A stretch of 63,717 nucleotides of DNA, filler included, from Octopus bimaculoides (Eukaryota): the NCBI RefSeq assembly GCF_001194135.2. It is 6 parts of 5 records of this genome, joined end to end, with 100 filler letters (N's around TTAATTAATTAA, not from the genome) between each part and the next. Parts side by side here need not be neighbours in the genome. Positions count along the whole stretch, not along the records: positions 1 to 26,251 come from NC_069002.1; 5 more parts are not named here. One strand, given 5' to 3'. The notes under the pieces were generated by a model. The model had not been told where the DNA came from and did no database searches. It was given only the letters and a program-made list of their open reading frames with translations. This document shows, in pieces, positions 14,081 to 26,351 of the stretch (within the stretch, counting starts at the first letter, position 1; the number at the start of each line of letters is the position of its first letter). Made by a program: the position numbers and the translations under genes.

Positions 14081-15281
14081 NNNNNNNNNNNNNNNNNNNN
14101 NNNNNNNNNNNNNNNNNNNNNNNNNNNNNNNNNNNNNNNNNNNNNNNNNNNNNNNNNNNNNNNNNNNNNNNNNNNNNNNNNNNNNNNNNNNNNNNNNNNN
14201 NNNNNNNNNNNNNNNNNNNNNNNNNNNNNNNNNNNNNNNNNNNNNNNNNNNNNNNNNNNNNNNNNNNNNNNNNNNNNNNNNNNNNNNNNNNNNNNNNNNN
14301 NNNNNNNNNNNNNNNNNNNNNNNNNNNNNNNNNNNNNNNNNNNNNNNNNNNNNNNNNNNNNNNNNNNNNNNNNNNNNNNNNNNNNNNNNNNNNNNNNNNN
14401 NNNNNNNNNNNNNNNNNNNNNNNNNNNNNNNNNNNNNNNNNNNNNNNNNNNNNNNNNNNNNNNNNNNNNNNNNNNNNNNNNNNNNNNNNNNNNNNNNNNN
14501 NNNNNNNNNNNNNNNNNNNNNNNNNNNNNNNNNNNNNNNNNNNNNNNNNNNNNNNNNNNNNNNNNNNNNNNNNNNTATATATATATATATTTATATATAT
14601 ATATATATATATATACATGCATACATACATATGTGTGTGTGTTTGTGTGTATAGAACGGAAGAGACAGAAAGAAAGAAAAATGAAATAATCGATGCGCTT
14701 GACCCCATTATATAACTGATACCTATATCATCACACTCCCCCTACTGCCACTGAGTGATTGAAGTAAAAGTGAACTGTTCTTGGTACCACTGAATATTGC
14801 CAAAATATTGTATTTTTTTCCAGTGACGGTGTTTTCTGCCAATTCGCGCTTTGAAATCCTGCAGTAACGATTTCTTTGGCATAACACCAATTTTTGGCAA
14901 GGATGAATTACAGCTAAATAGACCAACCATGAGTCTACGGTGGCAGTTTGTATATGGTTGCCGAATGTTCTAGAAATAGCAGCTACAGGTGGGGGTGGGG
15001 TGGGGGTTCCCCGTCGGATAGTACAATGGCGTTCAGTTGTTTGTGCATTATACCACTCAGCGGGATCACACCCAAATAGTTGAGATTTTTTCGTTTGCAA
15101 CCACTGCACATAACTCCCAAACACACACACACACACACACACACATGCTTATATACCCGCACAAGTTTAAACTTCTTGAGCACTACGAAGTGTATTATAC
15201 TCGAGGGTTCCAGAGGATCCGATCAACGGAACAGGTTGCTCGTGAGATTAACGTGCAAGTGACTGACCACTCCAGTCACGC

Positions 15282-15328
<47 letters not shown>

Positions 15329-16029
15329 AAGAGAGAGAGAGAGAGACATATATAATTGAGGCGAGTGGCATCTTGCGCAAAAAACTATACGTCTATATAT
15401 AATATCATATATAATATGATATGATATATTATTATATATTAAAATATATGCACACATATATTTTATGTTTGTGTATGTGTATCCAAGCTTCTTTAATTCT
15501 ACACAGGGAATACAATCCTACAATGGACATTGTAATCGAAATTGGCACAAAATCAATCCATTATTTTCTGAAGTGATTGGCGATGCGTCCCCAGTTATCC
15601 AAAATTTATATTTTTCTTTCTATGAATGCATGTTAGCATTTGTCTACTTTTTTACTAAAAGAATATATTAAAAAAAAAATCCATGTAAACTATACACATT
15701 TTTGTATTTTTTGCACCAAAATCGAGATTAAAATCAGAGGTTTATATAATACTTGGTATTACTGCAAATATTTTTTCCCACACACCTATATTATGAAAAA
15801 TATATACTGTAAATCTTGCTTTTTTTTTAATATTTTTATTTATATTTCTGTATATTCTATATATAAAGAAATATTTTTAAAAAATAGATTATTTACGCTT
15901 CTAGGAGTTGTGCAACACGAAGTATTACACCTGCTATTATAAGTGTTTTAAAAGAGTTTAGAATCCCAAAATTGGGGTGCGTCTTATACCTGCAAGCGTA
16001 TTACGTATGGATTCTTTTCTGTAATTTAT

Positions 16030-16215
16030 CATTTTATCTTTTATCTTTTACTTGTTTCTGTCATTGGACTACGGCCATGCTGGGGCATAGCCTTCGGAGT
16101 TTTAGTCGAATATATCGAAAACAGGGCTTTTCTTTTTTTTTTTTTTTTTAAAGTCTGCTACGTATTCTATCGTTTTTGTTTTTGTTTTTTTGCCAAATTG
16201 CTAAGTTACGCGAGT
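16030..16215. mobile_element. SINE family B (tacttgtttcagtcat..gactgcggccatgctggagcaccgcc); other copies near 1368-1505, 18575-18672, 29085-29175, 38495-38583, 53385-53443 and 61590-61675
   Basis: The same 60-190 bp motif is seen at least nine times in both orientations. Confidence 0.75.
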
Positions 16216-16237
16216 ATGTATGTGTGAGTGTGTGTGT

Positions 16238-16268
<31 letters not shown>

Positions 16269-16543
16269 GAAGTATCTGTGTGTGCGTGTTATCGTATTGT
16301 TATCTAAGTNNNNNNNNNNNNNNNNNNNNNNNNNNNNNNNNNNNNNNNNNNNNNNNNNNNNNNNNNNNNNNNNNNNNNNNNNNNNNNNNNNNNNNNNNNN
16401 NNNNNNNNNNNNNNNNNNNNNNNNNNNNNNNNNNNNNNNNNNNNNNNNNNNNNNNNNNNNNNNNNNNNNNNNNNNNNNNNNNNNNNNNNNNNNNNNNNNN
16501 NNNNNNNNNNNNNNNNNNNNNNNNNNNNNNNNNNNNNNNNNNN

Positions 16544-16589
<46 letters not shown>

Positions 16590-17279
16590 ACGTATCTGTG
16601 TGTGTGTGTGTGTGTGGTTGAGTGTATTTGTGTGTTTGTGTGCGTTCTGGAATAGTAACTGGAAAGAGATTAAATAGCGAATTGAGAGGCAATGGGAAAA
16701 AGTATCAGATTACAAAGAATTAATGCAAATGAACAGGAAAACAGACCAACAAACAAACAAACAAACAAACATAAATCGAAAGCAGAGAGACAGACAGACA
16801 GACAGACAGATAGAGACGGAGGCAGAGAAGAATATGATCAGCAGGAAGCGAAATAACGTAAAAATGGAGAGATTCAATATGGCGGAAAACAACATAGATT
16901 TGTTTTTTTCGTTTTTTTTTCTTGAATTGCGGATAGCAAAGAGGAGAGGGAGCAGGAGTTAGTAAAATAGAGGTGCAAAAAAAAAAAAGAAAGAAAGAAA
17001 GAAAAGAAAGAAAATAGGAAAATTGCGTCCAGTCGGGTAGGCATTGAATGTAAATTGACAGAAATGAATGACTCAGTAAGACCCACAAGAGTGTGAAGAT
17101 AATCTTGATTGGTTATACAGACAGTATATCTGTGTGGGTGGATGTGGGTGAGGGTGTGGAGATGGAGTGTGTTTGTGGGTATGTATGGCGGGTATGTGTG
17201 TGTGCGTGTTTGTAATTGAGCGAGTGTATGTATATGTATATATACGTATATATGTATGTATATATGTATGTGTATATGT

Positions 17280-17470
17280 GGGAGAATGTACGAAAAAAAA
17301 ACAACAACAGACGAGGACAGGTGGTGTAAACAACAAAAGGATGTATTAGTTTGACGCTCGGGAATACAGAAAGTCTTTAACGTTTCGAGCTACGCTCTTC
17401 AACAGAAAGAATACGGAGAAAACAAGGAGAAAAACACGGAGAAAAAATTGAATGGTGTTTGGTCAACGAT
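17280..17470 (-). mobile_element. Same hammerhead-bearing family, copy 2
   Basis: Reverse complement reads ctccgtattctttCTGTTGAAGAGCGTAGCTCGAAACGTTaaagac...ttcgtacattctccc, matching 30114-30246. Confidence 0.65.
17374..17410 (-). ncRNA. Minimal type I hammerhead ribozyme-like motif, variant core (GUU site)
   Basis: Identical to 30122-30158 except that the cleavage-site nucleotide is U. Confidence 0.5.
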
Positions 17471-17535
17471 CTATCATGGCTATATGTATGTATATATGTA
17501 TATATACGTATATATGTATGTATATATGTATATGT

Positions 17536-17665
17536 GGAGTCGCAATGGCCCAGTGGTTAGGGCAGCGGACTCGCGGTCATAGAATAGCGGTTTCGATTTC
17601 CAGACCGGGCGTGGTGAGTGTTTATTGAACCGAAAACATCTAAAGCTCCACGAGGCTCCGGCAGA
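17536..17665 (+). mobile_element. tRNA-derived SINE
   Basis: A box TGGCCCAGTGG (17546-17556) and B box GGTTTCGATTTCC (17589-17601); no tRNA 3' acceptor arm; reverse copy at 8362-8510. Confidence 0.75.
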
Positions 17666-19437
17666 GAGAAAATGCGTTTTACCTCTTTGCATGTCTCTAG
17701 ATCTAAAAGTACATTTGTTGCTGTCGTTGTTATTGTCATTTAGCTCTGGGCATGCCATGATCGAGTACTCAACCTACGATCAAAAATGTTCTAATTTTGA
17801 CCATTCGTCAATTTACATATCTAGAACACCCATTGTTCGATTATACTCTTCCTCGTTGTTGGACATGAAGGATTCATTGTAGTGATATTTTGGCTGCTGT
17901 TTCTAGCGGGTTGTGTGTCTACGTGAGAAGTTCCTTCGTTGTCTCATCTGATTTGATGTTTGGTCTTCAGGTTTGTGTTTCGTGTTGTCCAGAAGCCATT
18001 AAAACTCCACGAATTCCGTTTGATTGCATTACGGATCTCAGACGTGCTAGCATCTCACACACAAGTACACACACAAGAACACACACACACACACATACAC
18101 ATGCACGCACACAAACACACACACACAAACACATGCACGCGCACACATACACACACACACACTTATACACATGCACATACACACACACGCGCGCATACAA
18201 ACATATGTGCTTAATATTTATCTATCCATATTATATATATGCGTGTGTGTGTATCTATGTATATAGGTGTATGTGTATGTCTCTGTATGTATGTATATAT
18301 GTATGTATGTATGTATGCATGTATGTATGCATGTATGTATGTATGTATGTATGTACGTTGTACGTATGTATGTATACGTGCATATAAATTCTGCTAACTT
18401 AAAACACTTGGTGTTGGTGTTGTTGCTGTTGTTTAACTGCAGATGCATCATAATCACCATCACCATCATCATCGTCGTCGTCGTCGTCGTCGTCGTCGGC
18501 GTCATCATCATCATCATCATCGTCGTTGTCACCGTCGTCGTCGTCATCACAATCATCATCATAGTCGACATATACTCTTTTACTCTTTTACTTGTTTCAG
18601 TCTTTTGACTGTGGCCATGCTGGAGCACCGCCTGTAGTCGAGCAAATCGACCCCAGGACTTATTCTTTGTAAAACCATATGTGTTATTTCTTTAAAGTCT
18701 AGTACTGATTCCTCTCGTTTCTCTTTCTGAACTCTTTNNNNNNNNNNNNNNNNNNNATATATATATATATATATATAAACAAATATTGGCCACTGCATTG
18801 TGGGATCGAAACAAGAACTAGATAATTGCGAAATGGTCTTCTTAACCACAATGTTGTATCAGTGCCAACACATGTTGGAAACAAAGAAGAAACAGCAAAA
18901 AATACAAAAATCAAAACAAATATACATCGTAACTGTTGATTTATATATGTCAATTATGTGTAGATATACTCTGCCTATTTTTAACTACCAGAAACTGCAG
19001 CATCTATAATTTATGGTGTAAAAATATATATACAGAGTAGGTCGAAAGGACAGGGGAGGCTGAATGTGGTCGCTCGAAGTGCTTGAAATAGCAGTTAGAT
19101 ACTCCACAAATCGTGACATACTGTGTTGAAAAATGGAACACGCAGTCTTGCGTATATATGGCGGTTTTATTATTTTTGTGTTGAGAGAAAAAAAAAAGCA
19201 AAACAAAAAGCACAATGGCGTAGTTAAGATGTTTGCTTAGCAACTACACGGTTTCGGGTTCAGTCACGTTGCGCAGCATCTTAGCCAAGTGGCTTGTTTC
19301 TATAAGCTCTGTGCCGACCATTACCTAGTGAGGGAATTTGTTAGAATTTGTGGAAGAAATATATATATATATAGATAGATAGATAGATAGATAGATATGT
19401 ATATACATACATATGTTTATATATATACATATATATC

Positions 19438-19515
<78 letters not shown>

Positions 19516-20130
19516 TACGTATGTATATGTGTGTATACGTATATAACGTTCGATTTTCGTTTGTTGCTGCTTACATTTGAATAATTTAAAGAATATATAT
19601 CTGAGAGTACAATAAAGTAAGGACGCTGCTTTAAGTATTCTTAAAACAATTATAACATCTTCAGTTATTCAATCTTACACGTGTTTCACTAGCGAACGCT
19701 TGAATGTTATGTAATGATTATTACGTAATCGATCGCGGAATAGGGTTGAAATATCAGATCTTCAGAAGAATATTGCAACTCATTTCAGTACTTCGTTCCA
19801 ACTTGAGTTGGATGACAGAGCAAATACAATATCTCTCTGAGGATCTGGCGTCTCAAGTTTATTATGTTATCGTTTGCGTAACGACAATCGCATAACTTAC
19901 TAATATTCGCTAGTGAAACACGAGTATGATTCTGTAGTTAATAATTTTGTAATAAAAACATGTAAACCTACTCCATTGTTTCATTGTCAGCTAGCTATAC
20001 GTACATGTATGTATCCATGTATACATAATTACATACATGCATAGACAGATAGATAGATAGATATATAAATGGACACACATATACACATTCATACATATAC
20101 ATATAAACGCATAAATATCCCTATACATAT

Positions 20131-20165
<35 letters not shown>

Positions 20166-20279
20166 TGTATTTACCGTGTGTAAATATAACCTACAGCAGC
20201 ATTTATCAAATATAACATTTGGTCTTGTGTTGTGTATTGATATGAAGGACAAATTTAAATAATGACATGGCAGATTATT

Positions 20280-20860
20280 CTATTGAAGAAGGAAGGGGGA
20301 GAGGGAAGGGGGAGGAAGAGTGAAGGAGGAGGGGAAGGAGGAGAAGAAGAAGAAGAAGAAGAAGAAGAAGCAGAAGAAGAAGAAGAAGAAGAAGAAGAAG
20401 AAGAAGAAGAAGAAGAAGAAGAAATCGTGAGAAAAGAAAATGTAATATGTGAGGGAGAGAGGGGTAGTGGAGGGAAAGGTATTAGAGAGGAGAAGAAAAC
20501 AAAGAAAGAGGGGCACGAGAGGAAGGGGTGGAGACAGAAAAAGAGACTGAGATGGAAAGAGAGATAGGGAGAGAAAGAGATGGAGGAGATGATAGTGTGA
20601 CAAGAGTGGAAAGATAAAAGGGGGTGTAGATGAAGAGAGAAAGAGACGAAGACAAAAAGAGAGAAAGAGAGGGAGAGGGAGAGAGAGAAGGAAAAGAGAA
20701 AGAGGAAGAGAGAAACCGAGGGACAGAGTGGGAAGAGGTAAAGAGAAAAAGTGAGAAGGGATTGAAGAAGTGGAGAAGAGAGAGAGAGGGGGGAGGGGAG
20801 AGACAAGAAAGAAAAGAGATCAGAGGTAGAGAGGAGGAGGAGGAGGAGGAGAGAGGGGTA
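20280..20860. repeat. Long polypurine tract including (GAA)n at about 20341-20423
   Basis: The + strand is almost entirely A/G over about 580 bp. Confidence 0.85.
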
Positions 20861-21089
20861 GAAATAAATACTTTTTTGCGGTCTAGGAATTATTCCGATG
20901 ATTAATTTCAACATTTCTCAATAAGCTAATTGATATCTTTAATTAATCAAGCGTCGGGGNNNNNNNNNNNNNNNNNNNNNNNNNNNNNNNNNNNNNNNNN
21001 NNNNNNNNNNNNNNNNNNNNNNNNNNNNNNNNNNNNNNNNNNNNNNNNNNNNNNNNNNNNNNNNNNNNNNNNNNNNNNNNNNNNNNNNN

Positions 21090-21133
<44 letters not shown>

Positions 21134-21203
21134 ATGGGTGGATGAGTTTGAGTTGTGGTATGAGGATAAAGAATAATTTGATGGCGATCGTTATATTAAA
21201 AAT

Positions 21204-21565
21204 ATGTGGGACGAAGATAAAAAAAGTCAAAGGAATCGTCATCATCATCGTCATAGTGACCATTATGGTCTTCATCATCATCATCATCATTTTTATCTTC
21301 ATCATCATCATCATCATCGTCGTCTTCGTTGTCGTCATCATCATCATCATCATTTTTATCCTCATCATCATCATCATCATCATCACCACCATCGTCTTCG
21401 TTGTCATCGTCGTCATCATCATCGTCATCATCATCATCATCGTCATCATCATCATCGTCAATATTGTTATTATCTTCATCATCATCATCGTCGCCCTCGT
21501 CGTCGTCGTCATCATCATAATCATCAGCACCTTCACCGCCATTTTCATTCTTATCATCATCATCG

Positions 21566-21597
<32 letters not shown>

Positions 21598-21800
21598 GTC
21601 GTCGTCGTCGTCGTCGTCATCAAAACCATTGTTGCCATAACTATCATCTTCATCAAATGACACCCCGACAACATCCTCCTCGTCCACATCCTCCTTATTC
21701 TTATCATCATCAACATCATCAACATCATCGTCATCATCATCATCATCAACATCATCATCATCGTCATCACCATCATCGTCATCATCATCATCATCGTCCT
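21204..21800. repeat. Imperfect (ATC/GTC)n trinucleotide tract
   Basis: Source of the poly-H/I/S/D/M ORFs in the track. Similar tracts at 18450-18560, 31290-31390, 51570-51700 and 53800-54150. Confidence 0.85.
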
Positions 21801-22523
21801 TTTTTAATCAGCTTTATCGAGCATCAACACTATGTTATCAACATGTAACAACTAGAATGACAACNNNNNNNNNNNNNNNNNNNNNNNNNNNNNNNNNNNN
21901 NNNNNNNNNNNNNNNNNNNNNNNNNNNNNNNNNNNNNNNNNNNNNNNNNNNNNNNNNNNNNNNNNNNNNNNNNNNNNNNNNNNNNNNNNNNNNNNNNNNN
22001 NNNNNNNNNNNNNCTACTACTACTACTACTACTTCTACTACTACTACTACTACTACTACTAAACGAGATGAGTCGCAAATGAAATTTATGATTAAAAAGA
22101 TAATGATGGCCAACTCTCTTTATTTCTTTCGTGATTTCTTTCTTTCTTTTCTTTTTTTTTTTTTGTCACTTACAAATTTACGAGTTGGCAGAATCGGAAA
22201 GAGCGTCGAACAAAATGTCTTGCTGTATTTATTCTGGTTTTTATAGCGCTGGGGTCAAATCTCGTACCAGGATCGATATAACCGGCTATTCTCCTCTCCT
22301 AATTTCAGGCCTCGTGCCTATATTCGGAAGTTTTTTTTAGTGGGGACGACAGTGGATCTCGAAGCAGATAAAACTATACGTGATTGTATGTAAAAATTGG
22401 GTTTAAAAAAAAATCCCTTTGAATAGAAAAAGTAGATGATCTTCCTAAAAAGCAAGAAAATTATTTCTCTTGCGCATTTTCTCTCTCTTTCGCCGTCTCT
22501 CACTCTCTCACTTTCTCCCTTGC

Positions 22524-22563
<40 letters not shown>

Positions 22564-24284
22564 CTTTTCCTTTCTCCCTCCCCCTTACTCTCACAACCTT
22601 TCCTTCTCGTCCTTTATTTCTCCTCCCCGTCTCTTCCTCTTTCAGTACCATCCAAAACCGACCTCCCCCCACCCCAAAAAATATACATTGGATAATGTAT
22701 TCTTCAATAAACTACGTCTAACAAGGAATTATCGTCGTGCTTAGACAGCCTTTAATCGTACATAGTTTTGCTCGATCAGATCTGCTCTGAAGTGCCTCAA
22801 CAACGACAAAACACCAAGAATATCAAAAACAGAAACATTCATTGAATTTATTAAGTATGTTTAATTCCTTTCGAAAAATACATTCCCCTATCTACTGATT
22901 AATATTTTTCTATATACGTTAGTCAAAATAGAAAGGAGAGTACTGGCGACCTCTGTAGCTTCCACCCACACCCATCATAGACTGATAAAATCGATCCGAT
23001 CGATGCTCAGCCCGAACATGCTGTAGATCAATATATGCAAGATAGACATTAAACAAAAAAAGAGAAAAAAGCGCGTTAGGGATGGAGAGAATTGCGATGC
23101 TTAATTAAAAAATAAATTACACCCTATTTCAAACGGAACAAAGCAATGTAATCTCTGCATTGCTAAGAAGTGTCATATCTTAAATAAAACTACTAATCAC
23201 TCGAACAATAAAATAGAAAGAGCCCAAAATGCCACCATGATTACATATGTGTATGTATATATATATATATATATATNNNNNNNNNNNNNNNNNNNNNNNN
23301 NNNNNNNNNNNNNNNNNNNNNNNNNNNNNNNNNNNNNNNNNNNNNNNNNNNNNNNNNNNNNNNNNNNNNNNNNNNNNNNNNNNNNNNNNNNNNNNNNNNN
23401 NNNNNNNNNNNNNNNNNNNNNNNNNNNNNNNNNNNNNNNNNNNNNNNNNNNNNNNNNNNNNNNNNNNNNNNNNNNNNNNNNNNNNNNNNNNNNNNNNNNN
23501 NNNNNNNNNNNNNNNNNNNNNNNNNNNNNNNNNNNNNNNNNNNNNNNNNNNNNNNNNNNNNNNNNNNNNNNNNNNNNNNNNNNNNNNNNNNNNNNNNNNN
23601 NNNNNNNNNNNNNNNNNNNNNNNNNNNNNNNNNNNNNNNNNNNNNNNNNNNNNNNNNNNNNNNNNNNNNNNNNNNNNNNNNNNNNNNNNNNNNNNNNNNN
23701 NNNNNNNNNNNNNNNNNNNNNNNNNNNNNNNNNNNNNNNNNNNNNNNNNNNNNNNNNNNNNNNNNNNNNNNNNNNNNNNNNNNNNNNNNNNNNNNNNNNN
23801 NNNNNNNNATATATATATATATACACATATATATGCATATGTCTGTGCCTCTGTGTGTTATTTATTTATTTAACTAAATGTGTGACAGTTAGAGACTCGA
23901 TTAAACGAACGGATGTGGATAAGAGGACGAATCGGATGTTCACTAAAATACCACTCGAATGTGAACGCATGACCAACCGGAAGATCTAGACTAGCTATAA
24001 AAACAGCCATTATTGGAAAACTTCAACAGTTGACGGCGTTTAGAAAGTGCTGTTCCGACATTAAACTGCTGAGTAACAGAACGCGACCGACTGTAACTAT
24101 TTATCATGTATATGTGTGTGTGTGCGTGTATGTGTGTATGTGTGTGTGTGTGTGTGTGTAAGTATGTATTTGCATGTAGATATACATAAAATATATATGT
24201 ATACATCTCCATTCATATATGTACACATTTGTGTGTTTGTACAGATATATCTATATATATATATACTTATATATATATGTATAA

Positions 24285-24319
<35 letters not shown>

Positions 24320-24872
24320 NNNNNNNNNNNNNNNNNNNNNNNNNNNNNNNNNNNNNNNNNNNNNNNNNNNNNNNNNNNNNNNNNNNNNNNNNNNNNNNNN
24401 NNNNNNNNNNNNNNNNNNNNNNNNNNNNNNNNNNNNNNNNNNNNNNNNNNNNNNNNNNNNNNNNNNNNNNNNNNNNNNNNNNNNNNNNNNNNNNNNNNNN
24501 NNNNNNNNNNNNNNNNNNNNNNNNNNNNNNNNNNNNNNNNNNNNNNNNNNNNNNNNNNNNNNNNNNNNNNNNNNNNNNNNNNNNNNNNNNNNNNNNNNNN
24601 NNNNNNNNNNNNNNNNNNNNNNNNNNNNNNNNNNNNNNNNNNNNNNNNNNNNNNNNNNNNNNNNNNNNNNNNNNNNNNNNNNNNNNNNNNNNNNNNNNNN
24701 NNNNNNNNNNNNNNNNNNNNNNNTATATATACATATATATACATATATATATATATATGAGAGGTATGAGTACAATTAACAGATGATAACTGTGCGTGTC
24801 AATAATTTTGTGTTTTATATTACTTACCATATTTTATTATTTACATAATCACAAGAGGAGAGTCATGGCCCA

Positions 24873-24929
<57 letters not shown>

Positions 24930-25009
24930 TGAGAGAGAGAATAGACCAGGGATGTTGCTGGTTCGAATGCTCACTATATGGTGAACAACGCTAAAAGCAA
25001 CCGAGGACC

Positions 25010-25930
25010 AGGGGAAGATGTTTTACCAGATTGCAAATTAGGTCTACTTAATGTGTGGCCCATAACAAGATCGCTAAGCTACCACGCGATGACACGTCTA
25101 CATAAAGCACCAGACTCACAACAATTTTGACAGGGGTTTACAAGATAGTAGGAGTACTACCAGCTGGCAGGCCTCCTCCGAGGTGGCAGGTTTATCAAGA
25201 TAATGAGCGTACCACAAACGACAGGATCATTGCCAGTTGGTTTTACCACAAGATTGCAGACGTGTCACGAAATGGATGGCCTATCAGAAGATGCAAGTCA
25301 ACAACAATATGGTTGACATGTCACCAGATAGCAGGTCTATCATTGGATCGCAGGCTTTTGACATGATGGCAAGCGTACCCACCAATATCCTTATCACCAA
25401 ATGGCATGCGTTCCACAAGGGACCAGGTCTATCGTCAGATATCAAGCCTTTCACATGATGGCGAGCATACTCTAAGGAGACAGACCTATTATCAGATGGT
25501 ATGCGTACCACAAGGGAGCAGGTCTACCCTCAGATAGCAGACTTATCACACGATGGCCGGCGTACCCCAAAGAGACAGACATATCACCACGTGATGGCAG
25601 ACGTACTCCAAGGTACCAGGCCTATCACCAGATGGCAGACGTACCCCAAGGCACCAGGCCTATTACCAGATGGCAGGCATACCCCAAGGTACTAGACCTA
25701 TCACCAGATGGCAGGCGTACCCCAAGGTACCAGGCCTATCACCAGATGGCAGACGTACCCCAAGGTACCAGGTCTATCACCAGATGGTAGGCGTACCCCA
25801 AGGGTCTAGGCCTATCACCAGAGTGCAGACGTACCACAAGATAGCAGGCCAATCAACAGATGGCAGGTATGCAACAAGATGGTAAACATTGCACAAAGTG
25901 GTAGGTTTACCACTAGATGGCAGACTTATA
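25010..25930. repeat. 19-bp minisatellite with 38-bp dimeric higher-order unit
   Basis: Core unit caccagatggcagacgtac-cccaaggtaccaggcctat; cleanest at about 25605-25845 and decaying toward both ends. Confidence 0.85.
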
Positions 25931-26251
25931 GCTCAAACGTTAGTCCAGATACAGCAAAACAAAAGCAAAGAAAGTTAAGATTTCTTTCTTTAATATCAAA
26001 ATATGAAAAAAAAAATGGCGAGTGAAATATATGATTAGGATGGAACAAGTGTGACATTGTATGATCGATAATTGATCAAATAATATCACGCAATTGCTAA
26101 TAAATAAATTAGATATATATATATATTTTTTAAAAAATTATTTGATTTTTTTTTTTTCTTTTTTCTTAATCATACGAGACTATTTCGATATTCTGCGTGC
26201 GTTCAGTAAAACATTCAGATATTTCAAACTGTCGTTGGATGCTTCCTAATC

Positions 26252-26351
26252 NNNNNNNNNNNNNNNNNNNNNNNNNNNNNNNNNNNNNNNNNNNNTTAAT
26301 TAATTAANNNNNNNNNNNNNNNNNNNNNNNNNNNNNNNNNNNNNNNNNNNN
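26252..26351. other. Artificial 100-bp scaffold spacer (44 N + TTAATTAATTAA + 44 N)
   Basis: Exact structure repeated five times; the 12-mer puts stops in all six frames. Confidence 0.95.

Noticed and set aside
17536-17610. tRNA-like sequences with A and B boxes (also 8430-8510, 43405-43470 and family D heads)
   Set aside because: No acceptor-stem 3' half; they continue into shared SINE bodies, so they are SINE heads, not tRNA genes.
25010-25930. CRISPR-like or repeat-protein reading of the regular repeats
   Set aside because: Contiguous tandem units with no unique spacers, no cas genes, a eukaryotic context, and a 19/38-bp period that breaks frame.
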